Notes: generated from the sequence alone by a model not told the origin. A stretch of DNA of 64,000 nt from Acidobacteriota bacterium (GCA_965205505.1 CBDBHB010000009.1:704001-768000); one strand, 5' to 3'; counted from the first letter of the stretch, positions 20,242 to 30,044 are shown. Made by a program: numbers and translations.

Positions 20242-21438
20242 CTAGCGAGAAAGCTCGGCCACCTCTGTCACAAAGCGCTCCACCTCGTCCTCAATGTTGT
20301 AGTAGTGGACCGAGGCGCGCACCATCGACTGTAGGTTGCGGGCCTCCATGTCGATCCGGCTCGAGGAGCGTTCGGTCACGCTGACGTTCACGCCTCGCGC
20401 GCTCAGCGCATTCTTCAGGTCCGATGGCTCTCGGCCGTCGACCGTGAAGGTCACGATGCCGCACTTTTCACGCCCGATGTCACGAACCTCGACGCCGGGT
20501 GTCTCCGACAGGGCGCAGCGAAGCGTCGTAGCCAAGTGAACCACGCGTTTCCGAATGGGGTCGATGCCCCATTGCAGCGCATAGTCGACGGCGGTGCCGA
20601 GCGCGATGTGCCCGGCCACGTAGGACTCCCAATTCTCGAAGCGCCGCGCGGTGGGATGGATCTCGAACTCGTTCCGTGCGGTCCAGGAAGCGGCCCGCAG
20701 GTCGACGAAGGGCGGGTCCAATTGTTCGATCATCTCCTTTCGGACGTAGAGAAACCCGGTGCCGCGCGGCCCTCGCAGGTACTTTCGCCCCGTGGCCGAG
20801 AGCATGTCGCAGCCGAGCGCGTCGACATTGAGCGGCCACTGTCCCGCGGACTGACACGCGTCGAGCAGGAAGGGGACGCCGGCCTCGCGCGTGAGCTTGC
20901 CCACCTCTTCCGCCGGATTCACCAAGCCGCCGTTCGTTGGTACGTGTGTGATCCCCACCAATGCGACCCTTCCACGCTGGAGCTCGATTCGGAGTGCGTC
21001 CAGCGAGATCTGACCATCGTCGTCGCTGGGCACGACCTCGACCACCGCCCCCGTCTCTCTGGCAACATGCAGGTATGCGAGGTAGTTGCTGACGTACGCC
21101 GCTTCACCGGTGAGGATGCGATCGCCCGACTTGAAAGGCATCGCGTAGAAAGCCATGTCCCAGGCACGCGTAGCGTTCTCGACAAGGGCGATCTCGTCTG
21201 TCTCACAACCTAGGAGCTCCGCGATCGCCTCGTAGGTTCGGAGACGTTGCTGCGCGGCCGCGTCCGCCGCCTCATACCCGCCCATCTCCGCCTCCGCGCG
21301 CAAGTGCCCGTATAGAGCGTCGAGAACCGGCGTCGGGGGGAGTGAGGAGCCGGCGTTGTTGAAATGCAGTACGCGCTCGGCACCCGGTGTCTCTCGGCGA
21401 GCCCGAACCACGTCGATCTCTGACCGGAGTGGAGTCAA
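20242..21438 (-). CDS. Class V PLP aminotransferase / cysteine desulfurase-like
   Basis: HFNNAG, ENATRAW, HVPTNGG, DACQ, SATGRKYLRGPRGTG, RASVHYYN. Confidence 0.9.
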   Translation of the reverse strand: MTPLRSEIDVVRARRETPGAERVLHFNNAGSSLPPTPVLDALYGHLRAEAEMGGYEAADAAAQQRLRTYEAIAELLGCETDEIALVENATRAWDMAFYAMPFKSGDRILTGEAAYVSNYLAYLHVARETGAVVEVVPSDDDGQISLDALRIELQRGRVALVGITHVPTNGGLVNPAEEVGKLTREAGVPFLLDACQSAGQWPLNVDALGCDMLSATGRKYLRGPRGTGFLYVRKEMIEQLDPPFVDLRAASWTARNEFEIHPTARRFENWESYVAGHIALGTAVDYALQWGIDPIRKRVVHLATTLRCALSETPGVEVRDIGREKCGIVTFTVDGREPSDLKNALSARGVNVSVTERSSSRIDMEARNLQSMVRASVHYYNIEDEVERFVTEVAELSR

Positions 21439-24257
21439 CGACTTTGCAGCGCGGGTCGCAGGGTGAGGATGAGGGTTGGGTCGAGCGGGTAGCGGCCAAA
21501 GCGGGCGCCGTAGAGGGCCAGCCCGCCCGGTAGCGCGGCGTCGACTTCGAGCCGGATGGTGAAGGTCCCGTCGGTCGCGGCCTGCGCGAGGGCCGGTCGC
21601 GGAATCGGCACTTGGATCCGCTCGCCATACGACCCTGCCTCCCGCAGCCGCCGGTCTCGCAGCTGGGCGTGCCAGGAGAGGATTCCGCGATGATCGGCGG
21701 GATCGTCGGGCAGTTCGTAGCGCCCGGCCACCGCCAGGTTCACGTGCACAGTCACGGCGCTCGGGAAGCGGGTTTCATCCGTCATCGGGTAGGAGTTCGG
21801 GTTGCGGCTGGGGTCTTGCATACCCCCGCCCCGCATGTAGTCATCCCCCAGTTGCTCGTCGTCGTCGTCGCGGTCTTTGCCGAAAAGTTGTTTGGCCGAG
21901 GCTTCGAACAGGAAGGCAGCCGCGTCGACCTCGTCCAACGACAGGTCGTCCGGCCAGGGAATCCGGTATTCAAAAAAGCCCGCTCCGGCACCGTTCACCT
22001 TCAGCCCATCGAGTACCTGCCACTGTTTGAGCGACCAGTCGGCCTTCACGAAATCGCCCGGCTCTAGGCGGAGCACGCGGGCCCGGTTGCCGTTCGCGAG
22101 CCGCATTTCATCTGGCCGCGTCCCTTCGACGACGAAGGTCGTGAAGTTGCGGTGCTGCACCTTGCCCGTCGCATCTTCGAGCGTGAGCGCCAGCACGGCC
22201 ACGGCACCCGCGTCAGGCATCGGCACGGCGAGCGGCTCCAGCGCCCGGCTCATCCAGGGCTGGTAGGGGATCGGTAGAGTGGTTGTGTAGAAGGTCTGCT
22301 GCTGGCCCAGCGCATCCCATCCGTAGAGCCGGGCGCGCAGCGTCAGCGTGTCGCCGTAGGCAGTGCTGCCGGTCATGAAGGAGGCCCAGAGCGGCACCTC
22401 GACCGTCGTGCCCGCGGCGACGGCGCGGCTGAGGTCGCCGCCGGGGGCGATGTAGAGCCGGGCGTGCAGATCGGCCAGCGTCATGCCTTCGACAAGGGCA
22501 GAAAGGCCGGTTTCTTTCTCCGAGCGGTCGTAGCGCCAGTAGCCGTTCCATTCGTTGACCACGTCGTGGTGCTCGGTATAGAGCCAGCCGGCAATCTGCG
22601 GATGCCGCCGGAAGGCGTTGACGGCGCGGTGATAATCCCAACTCCAATCGACATCGCCCGTGCTGCCTTCGTAGCCCCAGACGTTGCCGAATTCGCTGTT
22701 GATGTTGGGCTGACGGGCTTGCTCATAGCCTGCCTCGAAGTTCCAGGTCGAGCCGGGAAACGTGTTCTGGGTGATCTCGTCGAGGTACTTGTCCCACTCC
22801 CAGCCGGGCCGGTAGGAATGCCACGAGTTGAGGTCGGTCTCGGTGTGGCCGATTCCGCAGCAGGGCGAGTTGTCCTCCACCAGCCGCGTCGGGTCGAGGC
22901 GTCTGGCCAGATCGACCATCGAGACGACCCATTCCTGCGTCTCCGGCAAGTACTGACGCTGTGGCTGTTCGCCCGTATAGAGCCCCCAGGTCTCGTTGAA
23001 GGGCACCCAGGAGAAGATGGCGGGATGGTTGTAATCGCGCCGGATCATCCGGCGGAGCGCATATTCGACTTCGCCCGGCATCGCATCATCCGGCTCGCCC
23101 CAGCTGTTGGGCACGTCGGCCATGATGAGCAGGCCCAGCCGGTCGGCCCAGTAGAGCTTGCGCGGAATCCCGATCTTGACGTGGATGCGCTGGCCGTTCA
23201 GCCCAATCTGGCGCGACCGCAGGATCTCGTCGCGCATGAAGTCATCACTCGGAAAGGTATAGAAGCCCTGCGGGTGATACGCCTGATCGAGCGCCAACTG
23301 CAGATAGAGCGGCTCGCCATTGAGCGCCACATAGGGTATGTCGGTCCCCGGCAAATCGACCACCGAGACCTCGCGCATCCCGAAGTACGTCTGCACCTGG
23401 TCCGCGGCCAAGTTCGCCCCCTCGAGCCGGGCTTCGACTTCGTAAAGAAACGGATCGTCGAGCGACCACAGCCGCGCCTCGGGGACGGGCACCTCGAATG
23501 TCACCGACTCGGACCCAGCAGGCACCGGGTAGCTGACCGGTGCAACCCCGCCCGTTCGAAACGTCAACCGCAGCGCCAAATCGGCGGGTGCGGGCTCGAG
23601 CAGATACGCGGTCACGGTCGCCTTGTCGGCTGCGAGGTCGGGGGTGAAGTGCACGGCGTCGAGCGGGGCGTCGCCGCGCACTTCCAGGTAGGGCGTCTGC
23701 CAGATACCGCGCGCCGGGCCGTAGCCTTGTTTGCCCTCCAACTTGAACGGATGCGGCGTGTCGTCGACGCGAAGCACAAGACGTTGGATCGCGCCGGGAC
23801 GCATGTGTGAGGTCAGCTCGAAGGCGAACGGGGTGTAGCCGCCGCGATGGTTGCCCAACTCATACCCGTCGAGCCAGGCGGTCGTGCGCCAGTCGCTCGC
23901 CCCGACGACGAGGAAGACCCGCCGCCCGTCCCACGCCACCGGGACTTCGACATCGCGGGCGTACCAGCCGATGTCAGCCTCATCGGCCACTCCGGACAGT
24001 GGCGCTCCCCAGGAGAACGGCACCAGGATCTCTTGCTCGAACGACGCCGAGCTCCACTCCCACCCCCTCTGCATGCCGTCATCCTGCGGATCAAAGCGAA
24101 ACGACCACGGCCCGTTGAGGTTGCGCCATTGCGGGCGTTCGAAGTCGGGGCGCGGGTGTTCCGGTAGCGGGATGTCTTGCGCGGCTGCCGCGAGAGGCAC
24201 GACGAGCACTAGCAGCACGAGGACGGCCCGCCGCAAACGGTTTTCGAAGCTCGTCAT
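21435..24257 (-). CDS. Secreted glycoside hydrolase family 2
   Basis: PEHPRPDFER, LNGPW, HRGGYTPF, LDQAY, FNETWG, NSEFG. Confidence 0.88.
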   Translation of the reverse strand: MTSFENRLRRAVLVLLVLVVPLAAAAQDIPLPEHPRPDFERPQWRNLNGPWSFRFDPQDDGMQRGWEWSSASFEQEILVPFSWGAPLSGVADEADIGWYARDVEVPVAWDGRRVFLVVGASDWRTTAWLDGYELGNHRGGYTPFAFELTSHMRPGAIQRLVLRVDDTPHPFKLEGKQGYGPARGIWQTPYLEVRGDAPLDAVHFTPDLAADKATVTAYLLEPAPADLALRLTFRTGGVAPVSYPVPAGSESVTFEVPVPEARLWSLDDPFLYEVEARLEGANLAADQVQTYFGMREVSVVDLPGTDIPYVALNGEPLYLQLALDQAYHPQGFYTFPSDDFMRDEILRSRQIGLNGQRIHVKIGIPRKLYWADRLGLLIMADVPNSWGEPDDAMPGEVEYALRRMIRRDYNHPAIFSWVPFNETWGLYTGEQPQRQYLPETQEWVVSMVDLARRLDPTRLVEDNSPCCGIGHTETDLNSWHSYRPGWEWDKYLDEITQNTFPGSTWNFEAGYEQARQPNINSEFGNVWGYEGSTGDVDWSWDYHRAVNAFRRHPQIAGWLYTEHHDVVNEWNGYWRYDRSEKETGLSALVEGMTLADLHARLYIAPGGDLSRAVAAGTTVEVPLWASFMTGSTAYGDTLTLRARLYGWDALGQQQTFYTTTLPIPYQPWMSRALEPLAVPMPDAGAVAVLALTLEDATGKVQHRNFTTFVVEGTRPDEMRLANGNRARVLRLEPGDFVKADWSLKQWQVLDGLKVNGAGAGFFEYRIPWPDDLSLDEVDAAAFLFEASAKQLFGKDRDDDDEQLGDDYMRGGGMQDPSRNPNSYPMTDETRFPSAVTVHVNLAVAGRYELPDDPADHRGILSWHAQLRDRRLREAGSYGERIQVPIPRPALAQAATDGTFTIRLEVDAALPGGLALYGARFGRYPLDPTLILTLRPALQSR

Positions 24258-24381
24258 GATGTGGAATCCGGGGCCGAGTTCCTGCCAAGTCCGCCGATCT
24301 CATCTTACTGGGCGCCGGTGTCGTGGGTGCGAGGCAGTCGAGCAGCGGTACTCTCCGCCAGAGGCCTCCCGTCTGCCTCCG

Positions 24382-24410
24382 TTGGATCTCGCACGCGCTG
24401 GCGATAGGCT
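24382..24410 (+). promoter_or_regulatory. Putative sigma70 promoter TTGGAT-N17-TAGGCT (copy 2)
   Basis: 24375-24420 matches 8411-8456 at 41/46 nt; lies upstream of the cytochrome c ATG. Confidence 0.6.
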
Positions 24411-24462
24411 TCAGGCGCTCATCCAAACCGTCTTGTTAGAGCACCGCCCCCAGTCGAGCGAA

Positions 24463-25251
24463 ATGACCATGCGCCGATTCATCCGTCTATCATCCTTGTG
24501 GCTCTGTGCCATTTCGCTGTTCGCTTCCTCCGAAGAGGGCGTGGCGCAAGGCCTCGGAGATCATCAGTACACCAGCGCCGATGTCGAAGCGGGCTCCCGG
24601 CTTTACGCGGCGGAGTGCGCGTTGTGCCATGCACCGACCGGCGACGGTGTGGACGGCGTAAATCTCAGACTCGGACAGTTCCGCCAGCCGCTGTCGGATT
24701 TCGCTCTCCGCCAGTTGATCACAACAGGGCTGGCCGAGGCGCGCATGCCTGGTTTCGATTTTGACCCAACCGAGCTCGACGCTATTGTGGCGTTCATCCG
24801 AGCGGGGTTCGATCCTGAGGGCACGGCGGTCAAGGTCGGTGAGGCGAGACGCGGGCGGGTGCTCTTCGAATCGGAAGACGGTTGCGCTTCGTGCCATCGC
24901 GTCAACGGACGGGGCCCCCGGACCGCGCCGGATCTCAGCGACATTGGCTCCGTTCGCACGCCCGCCGCACTGCAGCGGACCCTGCTCGATCCGGCCGCCG
25001 CGCTCTTGCCGATCAATCGGCCCGTGCGAGCTGCGACACGCGCTGGCGAGACCATCAGCGGTAGGCGGTTGAACGAGGACACGTACACGGTGCAACTGAT
25101 CGATTCGGAGGGGCGACTGCGTTCGCTCCTGAAAGCCGATCTGGTCGAATTCGAGGTGAGTCGATCACCCACTATGGAGCCGACGACGCTCTCCAGCGAC
25201 GAGGTCGCTGATGTTATCGGCTACCTGCTCTCGCTGAGAGGCCTCCAATGA
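24463..25251 (+). CDS. Secreted diheme cytochrome c (partner of the PQQ dehydrogenase)
   Basis: Signal peptide; CALCH and CASCH; ATGA overlap with the next gene. Confidence 0.88.
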   Translation: MTMRRFIRLSSLWLCAISLFASSEEGVAQGLGDHQYTSADVEAGSRLYAAECALCHAPTGDGVDGVNLRLGQFRQPLSDFALRQLITTGLAEARMPGFDFDPTELDAIVAFIRAGFDPEGTAVKVGEARRGRVLFESEDGCASCHRVNGRGPRTAPDLSDIGSVRTPAALQRTLLDPAAALLPINRPVRAATRAGETISGRRLNEDTYTVQLIDSEGRLRSLLKADLVEFEVSRSPTMEPTTLSSDEVADVIGYLLSLRGLQ

Positions 25252-26906
25252 ACATCGTCCAACGCACGATGCTCTTGGGGCTCATCGTCGGAGGTCTCGT
25301 GGCGCCCCATCAACTACTGGCGCAGGTATCCTACGAGCGGATCCTGAGCGCAGCTGACGAGCCGGACAATTGGCTCACCTACAACGGCACATACGCGAGT
25401 CAGCGCTACAGTCGTCTCGACCAGATCACGGCGTCGAACGTGGACGACTTGGAGCTGAAGTGGATGCTCCAGAATCAGGCATTCGGGGCCTGGCAGTCGA
25501 ACCCGATCGTCGTCGACGGAATCATGTACGTCACCGAGCGACCCAACGACGTCATGGCCGTCGATGCCGTCACCGGCCGGGTCTTCTGGATGTACCGGTA
25601 CACGAACGCCCCGAACGCTACCGTTTGCTGCGGCGCCAACAACCGCGGCGTGGCCGTGCTCGACGACAAGGTGTTCATGGGCACCTTGGACGCGCATCTC
25701 ATCGCCCTCGATGCGATCAATGGTGAGCCGCTGTGGAAGGTCAAAGTCGGGGACGTGAATCTCGCCTACTCGATCACCATGGCGCCCCTCGTCGTGAAGG
25801 ACAAGGTGATCGTCGGCGTCGGGGGTGGTGAGTTCGGGATACGGGGCTACATCGCGGCGTACGACGCCGACACCGGCGAGGAGGCATGGCGCTTCTACAC
25901 GATTCCCGGTCCCGGCGAGCCTGGCCACGAGACTTGGGAGGGTGACGACTGGGAGCACGGTGGTGCGTCCGTGTGGATCACGGGCTCGTACGACCCCGAG
26001 CTCAACCTGACGTACTGGGGTGTGGGCAACCCGGGTCCCGATTGGAACGCCGACCAGCGTCCGGGCGACAATCTCTACTCGGACACGGTCGTGGCCCTCG
26101 ACGCCGACACCGGTGAGCTGAAGTGGCACTTCCAGTTCACCCCGAACGACGGTTACGACTACGACTCGGTTCAGGTCCCCGTGCTGGCCGACATGGACTG
26201 GAACGGGGTGCCTCGGAACTTGATGTTGTGGGCGAACCGCAACGGCTACTTCTACGTGCTCGATCGCGTCACCGGCGAGTTCCTGTTGGGGGAGCCGTTC
26301 GTCAAGGTGAACTGGTCGAGCGGTCTGGACGACAACGGAAGGCCGATGCCGACGCCTCAGCCGGAGGGCTCTCCCACATGGCCGGGCAACCAGGGTGGCA
26401 CCAACTGGTATCCGCCCTCCTACAGCCCGCGGACGGGGCTGTTCTACTTTGCCGCCTGGGAGGACTACGCGACGATCTATCGGAAGGAAGTTTCCGAGTA
26501 TGAGCCGGGCCGTCCCTACCTCGGCGGTGGCTTCAGGGTGCTCGCACCGGCGCCTGGCGCGCCGACGATCGGCATCGGACGATCCTCCCCGATCAACAAC
26601 TGGACCGACGAGGTCGGACACGGTGCGGTGATCGCCATGGACCCACTGACCGGCGAGCCGCGGTGGAAGCTCGATCAATTCGACGTCAGCGACAGTGGCA
26701 TGCTGACCACGGCGACGGACTTGCTGTTCACCGGCGGCCGTGAGGGTTACTTCTACGCGATCGATGCGCAGAGTGGGGAGCCACTGTGGAAAGCGAGCCT
26801 CGGTGGGCAGATCGTAATGGCACCGGTCACGTTCATGGTCAATGGACAGCAGTATGTCTCGGTGATCTCCGGGCACACCCTGGTGACGTTCGGTCTGCCC
26901 GACTAG
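25248..26906 (+). CDS. PQQ-dependent alcohol dehydrogenase (methanol/ethanol family)
   Basis: NWLTYNG, QRYSRL, vicinal CC (TVCCGANNRG), GGEFGIRG, GNPGP, DYDS. Confidence 0.92.
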   Translation: MNIVQRTMLLGLIVGGLVAPHQLLAQVSYERILSAADEPDNWLTYNGTYASQRYSRLDQITASNVDDLELKWMLQNQAFGAWQSNPIVVDGIMYVTERPNDVMAVDAVTGRVFWMYRYTNAPNATVCCGANNRGVAVLDDKVFMGTLDAHLIALDAINGEPLWKVKVGDVNLAYSITMAPLVVKDKVIVGVGGGEFGIRGYIAAYDADTGEEAWRFYTIPGPGEPGHETWEGDDWEHGGASVWITGSYDPELNLTYWGVGNPGPDWNADQRPGDNLYSDTVVALDADTGELKWHFQFTPNDGYDYDSVQVPVLADMDWNGVPRNLMLWANRNGYFYVLDRVTGEFLLGEPFVKVNWSSGLDDNGRPMPTPQPEGSPTWPGNQGGTNWYPPSYSPRTGLFYFAAWEDYATIYRKEVSEYEPGRPYLGGGFRVLAPAPGAPTIGIGRSSPINNWTDEVGHGAVIAMDPLTGEPRWKLDQFDVSDSGMLTTATDLLFTGGREGYFYAIDAQSGEPLWKASLGGQIVMAPVTFMVNGQQYVSVISGHTLVTFGLPD

Positions 26907-26958
26907 CAGAGTGCTGAAGAACTCTGGTGGGTCTGGTTACGCCAGACCCACCACACTT

Positions 26959-27345
26959 TCAACTGATGAATCCGGTGGCGATGAAATTTACGTCGCTCCG
27001 TTTTCAGGCGAAGGCCGGCGAGTTCGGATCTCGGGCGACGGTGGGCACTCGCCGTTCTGGGGACCCGACGGACGCGAGCTCTTCTTCTGGAGTCAGAGCG
27101 CCCGCAGTTTGATGACCGTACCGATCTCGTTCGAGCCCGAGTTTCGGGCGGGGACGGTGCCACCCCTATTCGGCGGCGACTACCTCGTGATAAGCAGTAC
27201 CGGTCGGATCCAACGAGACTTCGATATCGCGCCGGATGGTCAGGCGTTCGTGATGGTCCGGCAGGGCGAGCAGGAGGCCCCGGACATCGTCATCGTCCTC
27301 AACTGGTTCGACGAGCTGAAGCGGCTCGTGCCGACAGACCCTTAG
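26959..27345 (+). pseudogene. C-terminal TolB-like propeller tail of an acidobacterial Ser/Thr kinase-type gene
   Basis: STDESGGDEIYV...ISGDGGHSPFWGPDGRELFF...FDIAPDGQAF...VLNWFDELKRLVP; the rest of the gene is absent. Confidence 0.8.
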
Positions 27346-27435
27346 TGTCCCCAGCCGAGTCTGGCGACGCCGGCTATGCGCCTGGATCCAACGAGATCTC
27401 CAGATACCTGAAAACACGAAGTCAACAAGGAGCTC

Positions 27436-28260
27436 ATGTCCATGCTGCGTCGATACGTCCTTGTTGGCGCGCTCTTGGCGGTGGGTTTCGCCATGCTGGC
27501 GCCGGTCACTCTACATGCGCAGGCTGACCCGGATCCGGCCCGTTTTGCCGACGAGATCAGCGCCTTCGAGCAATGGGATCTTAAGAACGCTGTACCTCGA
27601 CAGCCTGTCTTGTTCGTGGGTAGTTCGACTATCCGCTACTGGCCTACGGCCGAGTCTTTTCCGGATGTCTCCGTCGTCAATCGCGGGTTCGGCGGGGCTC
27701 ACATCTCCGACGTGCACCATTTCGTCGAGCGCATCGTGTTGAAGTATGCGCCGATCGCCGTCGTTTTCTACGCTGGCGACAACGATGTCGCAGCTCAGAA
27801 GAGTCCAGAGCAGGTGTTCGAGGACTACCGCGCGTTCGTCCGCCTGGTGCATGAAGCGTTGCCGGTGACGCCGATCCTCTTCTTGCCCATCAAGCCCAGC
27901 CTGAGCCGCTGGGCTCTGTGGCCTCGAATGAAGCAGGCCAACAACCTGATTCGCGACTACTCGGATGAGCATTCGCTACTGTTCTACGTTGACACCGCCA
28001 CGCCAATGCTCGGTCACGACGGCAACCCTCGCCCGGCGCTGTTTGTCGAAGACGGTCTTCACCTGAGCGAGACGGGCTACGAATTGTGGACACGTATCGT
28101 GGCGCCCTACCTAAGCGTATTGTCCCGGCCCGTCACTAAGGGCTCTCTCGGATTCTGGGGCCACTTCCGTGACATCGGCCTGCGTTTCGCTGCTCAATTG
28201 TCCGCTTCGCCAAGACTACCGAAGACCCACTCAAGACCCTATGCAGGAGAGTCGCCGTGA
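27436..28260 (+). CDS. Secreted SGNH/GDSL hydrolase; C-terminal about 45 aa probably a read-through extension
   Basis: FVGSSTI, NRGFGG, YAGDND, DGLH; AAGGAG RBS. Confidence 0.88.
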   Translation: MSMLRRYVLVGALLAVGFAMLAPVTLHAQADPDPARFADEISAFEQWDLKNAVPRQPVLFVGSSTIRYWPTAESFPDVSVVNRGFGGAHISDVHHFVERIVLKYAPIAVVFYAGDNDVAAQKSPEQVFEDYRAFVRLVHEALPVTPILFLPIKPSLSRWALWPRMKQANNLIRDYSDEHSLLFYVDTATPMLGHDGNPRPALFVEDGLHLSETGYELWTRIVAPYLSVLSRPVTKGSLGFWGHFRDIGLRFAAQLSASPRLPKTHSRPYAGESP

Positions 28261-28460
28261 AAGTAGATCGCTACACCAAGATCGTGCTGACCATCATCGC
28301 TGCCGGACTGTGGACGTTGATCCTCATGGCCGTCGTATCTCCTCGCCCTGCCGTTGCCAGCATCGGTCTTGCGGGCGGCGGAGGGGAACAACTCAGCATC
28401 AGCGGTCTCGGCGGTTCTGATTATCCACTCCACATCGACCTCACTTGTCATGGCTGCTGA
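28257..28460 (+). CDS. Small single-TM hypothetical protein ending in CHGC
   Basis: AGGAG RBS, GTG start, DRYTKIVLTIIA hydrophobic N-terminus. Confidence 0.6.
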   Translation: MKVDRYTKIVLTIIAAGLWTLILMAVVSPRPAVASIGLAGGGGEQLSISGLGGSDYPLHIDLTCHGC

Positions 28461-28480
28461 TTGTTGAAGCTCGACCCGGG

Positions 28481-28759
28481 TCACTCGCGGCGATTATCTC
28501 GGCCTTCGCTCGCAGCATCGGGCACAGTCCGATCGAGTGCCGCACTGCCAGTGAGTCCGATTGTGATATCCACCATGGCGTGCACCACGATCACCACCCA
28601 GAGGGACTCGGTAAGCAGATAGGCGACGCAGAAGACGGCGCCGGCCACCGTCGCCTGAACCGCCCCTTTCCAGCCGAGGTAGAAATGCGCCGCTCCGAAT
28701 ACGATGGCCGCAACCGCCACCGCAGCTGACCCCGGAAGCCACACCATCAAGTACCACAG
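28481..28759 (-). pseudogene. C-terminal fragment of a CPBP (Abi/CAAX) intramembrane protease
   Basis: FGAAHFY and HAMVD motifs; the EExxxR motif is missing; the 5' break lies at the tetR promoter. Confidence 0.75.
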
Positions 28760-28772
28760 TGTTCGCTCCGTG

Positions 28773-28801
28773 TCGACAATTGACCGAACGTTCGTTACAG
28801 T
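28773..28801 (+). promoter_or_regulatory. tetR promoter TCGACA-N17-TACAGT with palindromic operator CGAACGTTCG (28785-28794)
   Basis: 17-nt spacer; perfect 10-bp palindrome inside the spacer; second copy at 29412-29425. Confidence 0.65.
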
Positions 28802-28817
28802 AAGTCCGAGGTCTCGA

Positions 28818-29384
28818 ATGCCAAGAACCAAACTGAGTCGTGACGAAGTCGTCGAACGGATCGCGGAAGAGTTCCGCGGCCACGGGTACGCGGCGACCAG
28901 CCTGAGCCGAATCGCCGAAGCTACCGGACTCGGGCGGGCTAGCCTCTACCACCATTTCCCTGGTGGAAAGGACGAGATGGTCCGAGAGGTGTTCCGGAAA
29001 GTCGGCGAGGAAGTGGGCGAGATCCTGGCTCAATTGGAGGAGCCGGGGGATCCGCGTGAGCGAATCACCGGCTCGATGAAGGCTGTCGAGCGGTTCTACG
29101 CGGGCGGTACCAAGAACTGCCTGCTCGGGTCGATGGTGCTGAGTGGTGGATCCGAGCGCTTCGCAAACGAGCTGGCGGGCGCTTTTACCGCGTGGATCGA
29201 TGCGCTAAGCGCGGTGATCGAAGACGCGAACGTCCCTCGTCGGATTGCGCGGCGCCGGGCAGAGGATGCGGTCATGAGACTGCAGGGAGCGCTCGTGGTT
29301 GCGCGGGGTCTGAACGACACCGAACCGTTCCGTCGGATGATGGCGGAGCTCCCAGATGAGCTGCTCGAGGAGAACTCGTCATGA
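28818..29384 (+). CDS. TetR/AcrR family regulator
   Basis: FRGHGYAATSLSRIAEATGLGRASLYHHFPGGKDE. Confidence 0.93.
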   Translation: MPRTKLSRDEVVERIAEEFRGHGYAATSLSRIAEATGLGRASLYHHFPGGKDEMVREVFRKVGEEVGEILAQLEEPGDPRERITGSMKAVERFYAGGTKNCLLGSMVLSGGSERFANELAGAFTAWIDALSAVIEDANVPRRIARRRAEDAVMRLQGALVVARGLNDTEPFRRMMAELPDELLEENSS

Positions 29385-29411
29385 TCACCATTTTTCTTGT
29401 GCGGATAGAAA

Positions 29412-29430
29412 ACCGAACGTTCAGTATAAA
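29412..29430 (+). promoter_or_regulatory. Second TetR operator ACCGAACGTTCAGT abutting a TATAAA -10 box
   Basis: Imperfect palindrome sharing ACCGAACGTTC with 28783-28793; 20 nt upstream of the next ATG. Confidence 0.6.
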
Positions 29431-29445
29431 GCCTCGAAGGAGCAC

Positions 29446-30018
29446 ATGAACATGGCACGCCCGGCCAGCGACATCGCATTCACCTCTTCAGTGAAGGCGG
29501 CACAGCAGCAACGCGGATCCAGAGCTGGATACGCCCGCATGGAGCAGAAGGGTGGATGGAGCGGCGAGATTACACCTGAGCTCGCTGACTTCATTAGCCA
29601 GCGCGACTCCCTCTATCTCGGAACGGCCAGCGCTGACGGCCAACCGTACATCCAACATCGCGGTGGTCCGACGGGGTTCATCAAGGTCCTCGACAACAAG
29701 ACGCTGGCGCTGGCCGATTTCTCCGGGAACCGCCAGTACATATCGGTCGGGAACCTCGATGAGAACAATCGCGCTTTCATCTTCTTGATGGACTACCCGA
29801 ATCGGCGACGTATCAAGATCTGGGGATACGCGGAGTTCGTCGAAGATACACCGTCACTCCTCGAGCGCCTGGTCGACCCAGCCTATGGAGCAAGCGTCGA
29901 GCGCGCGCTCGTGTTTCACGTCGAGGCGTGGGACGCGAACTGCCCCCAGCACATCGCCCCCGAGGTTCACCGAGGAGGAGATCTCAGCTCGGCGAACCTC
30001 CGAGCCGCGGCCTGCTAG
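29446..30018 (+). CDS. Pyridoxamine 5'-phosphate oxidase-like FMN-binding protein; frameshifted/truncated C-terminus
   Basis: PYIQHRGGPTGF, ADFSGNRQYISVGN, MDYPNRRRIKIWG, WDANCPQHI. One less C in the 29957-29961 run gives IAPRFTEEEI. Confidence 0.85.
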   Translation: MNMARPASDIAFTSSVKAAQQQRGSRAGYARMEQKGGWSGEITPELADFISQRDSLYLGTASADGQPYIQHRGGPTGFIKVLDNKTLALADFSGNRQYISVGNLDENNRAFIFLMDYPNRRRIKIWGYAEFVEDTPSLLERLVDPAYGASVERALVFHVEAWDANCPQHIAPEVHRGGDLSSANLRAAAC

Positions 30019-30023
30019 CAGGC
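30010..30023. repeat. Perfect 14-bp palindrome GCCTGCTAGCAGGC (two motif-A halves around CTAG)
   Basis: Direct reading; 30002-30018 is identical to 63195-63211. Confidence 0.85.
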
Positions 30024-30044
30024 ACCCGGTAGAGAACACGACCA

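Noticed and set aside
23851-24462. Long N-terminal extensions in the ORF track (cytochrome c, DUF885 to 39333, AEC from 58743, kinase to 11966)
   Set aside because: They overlap other genes or promoters; RBS and signal peptides point to downstream starts.
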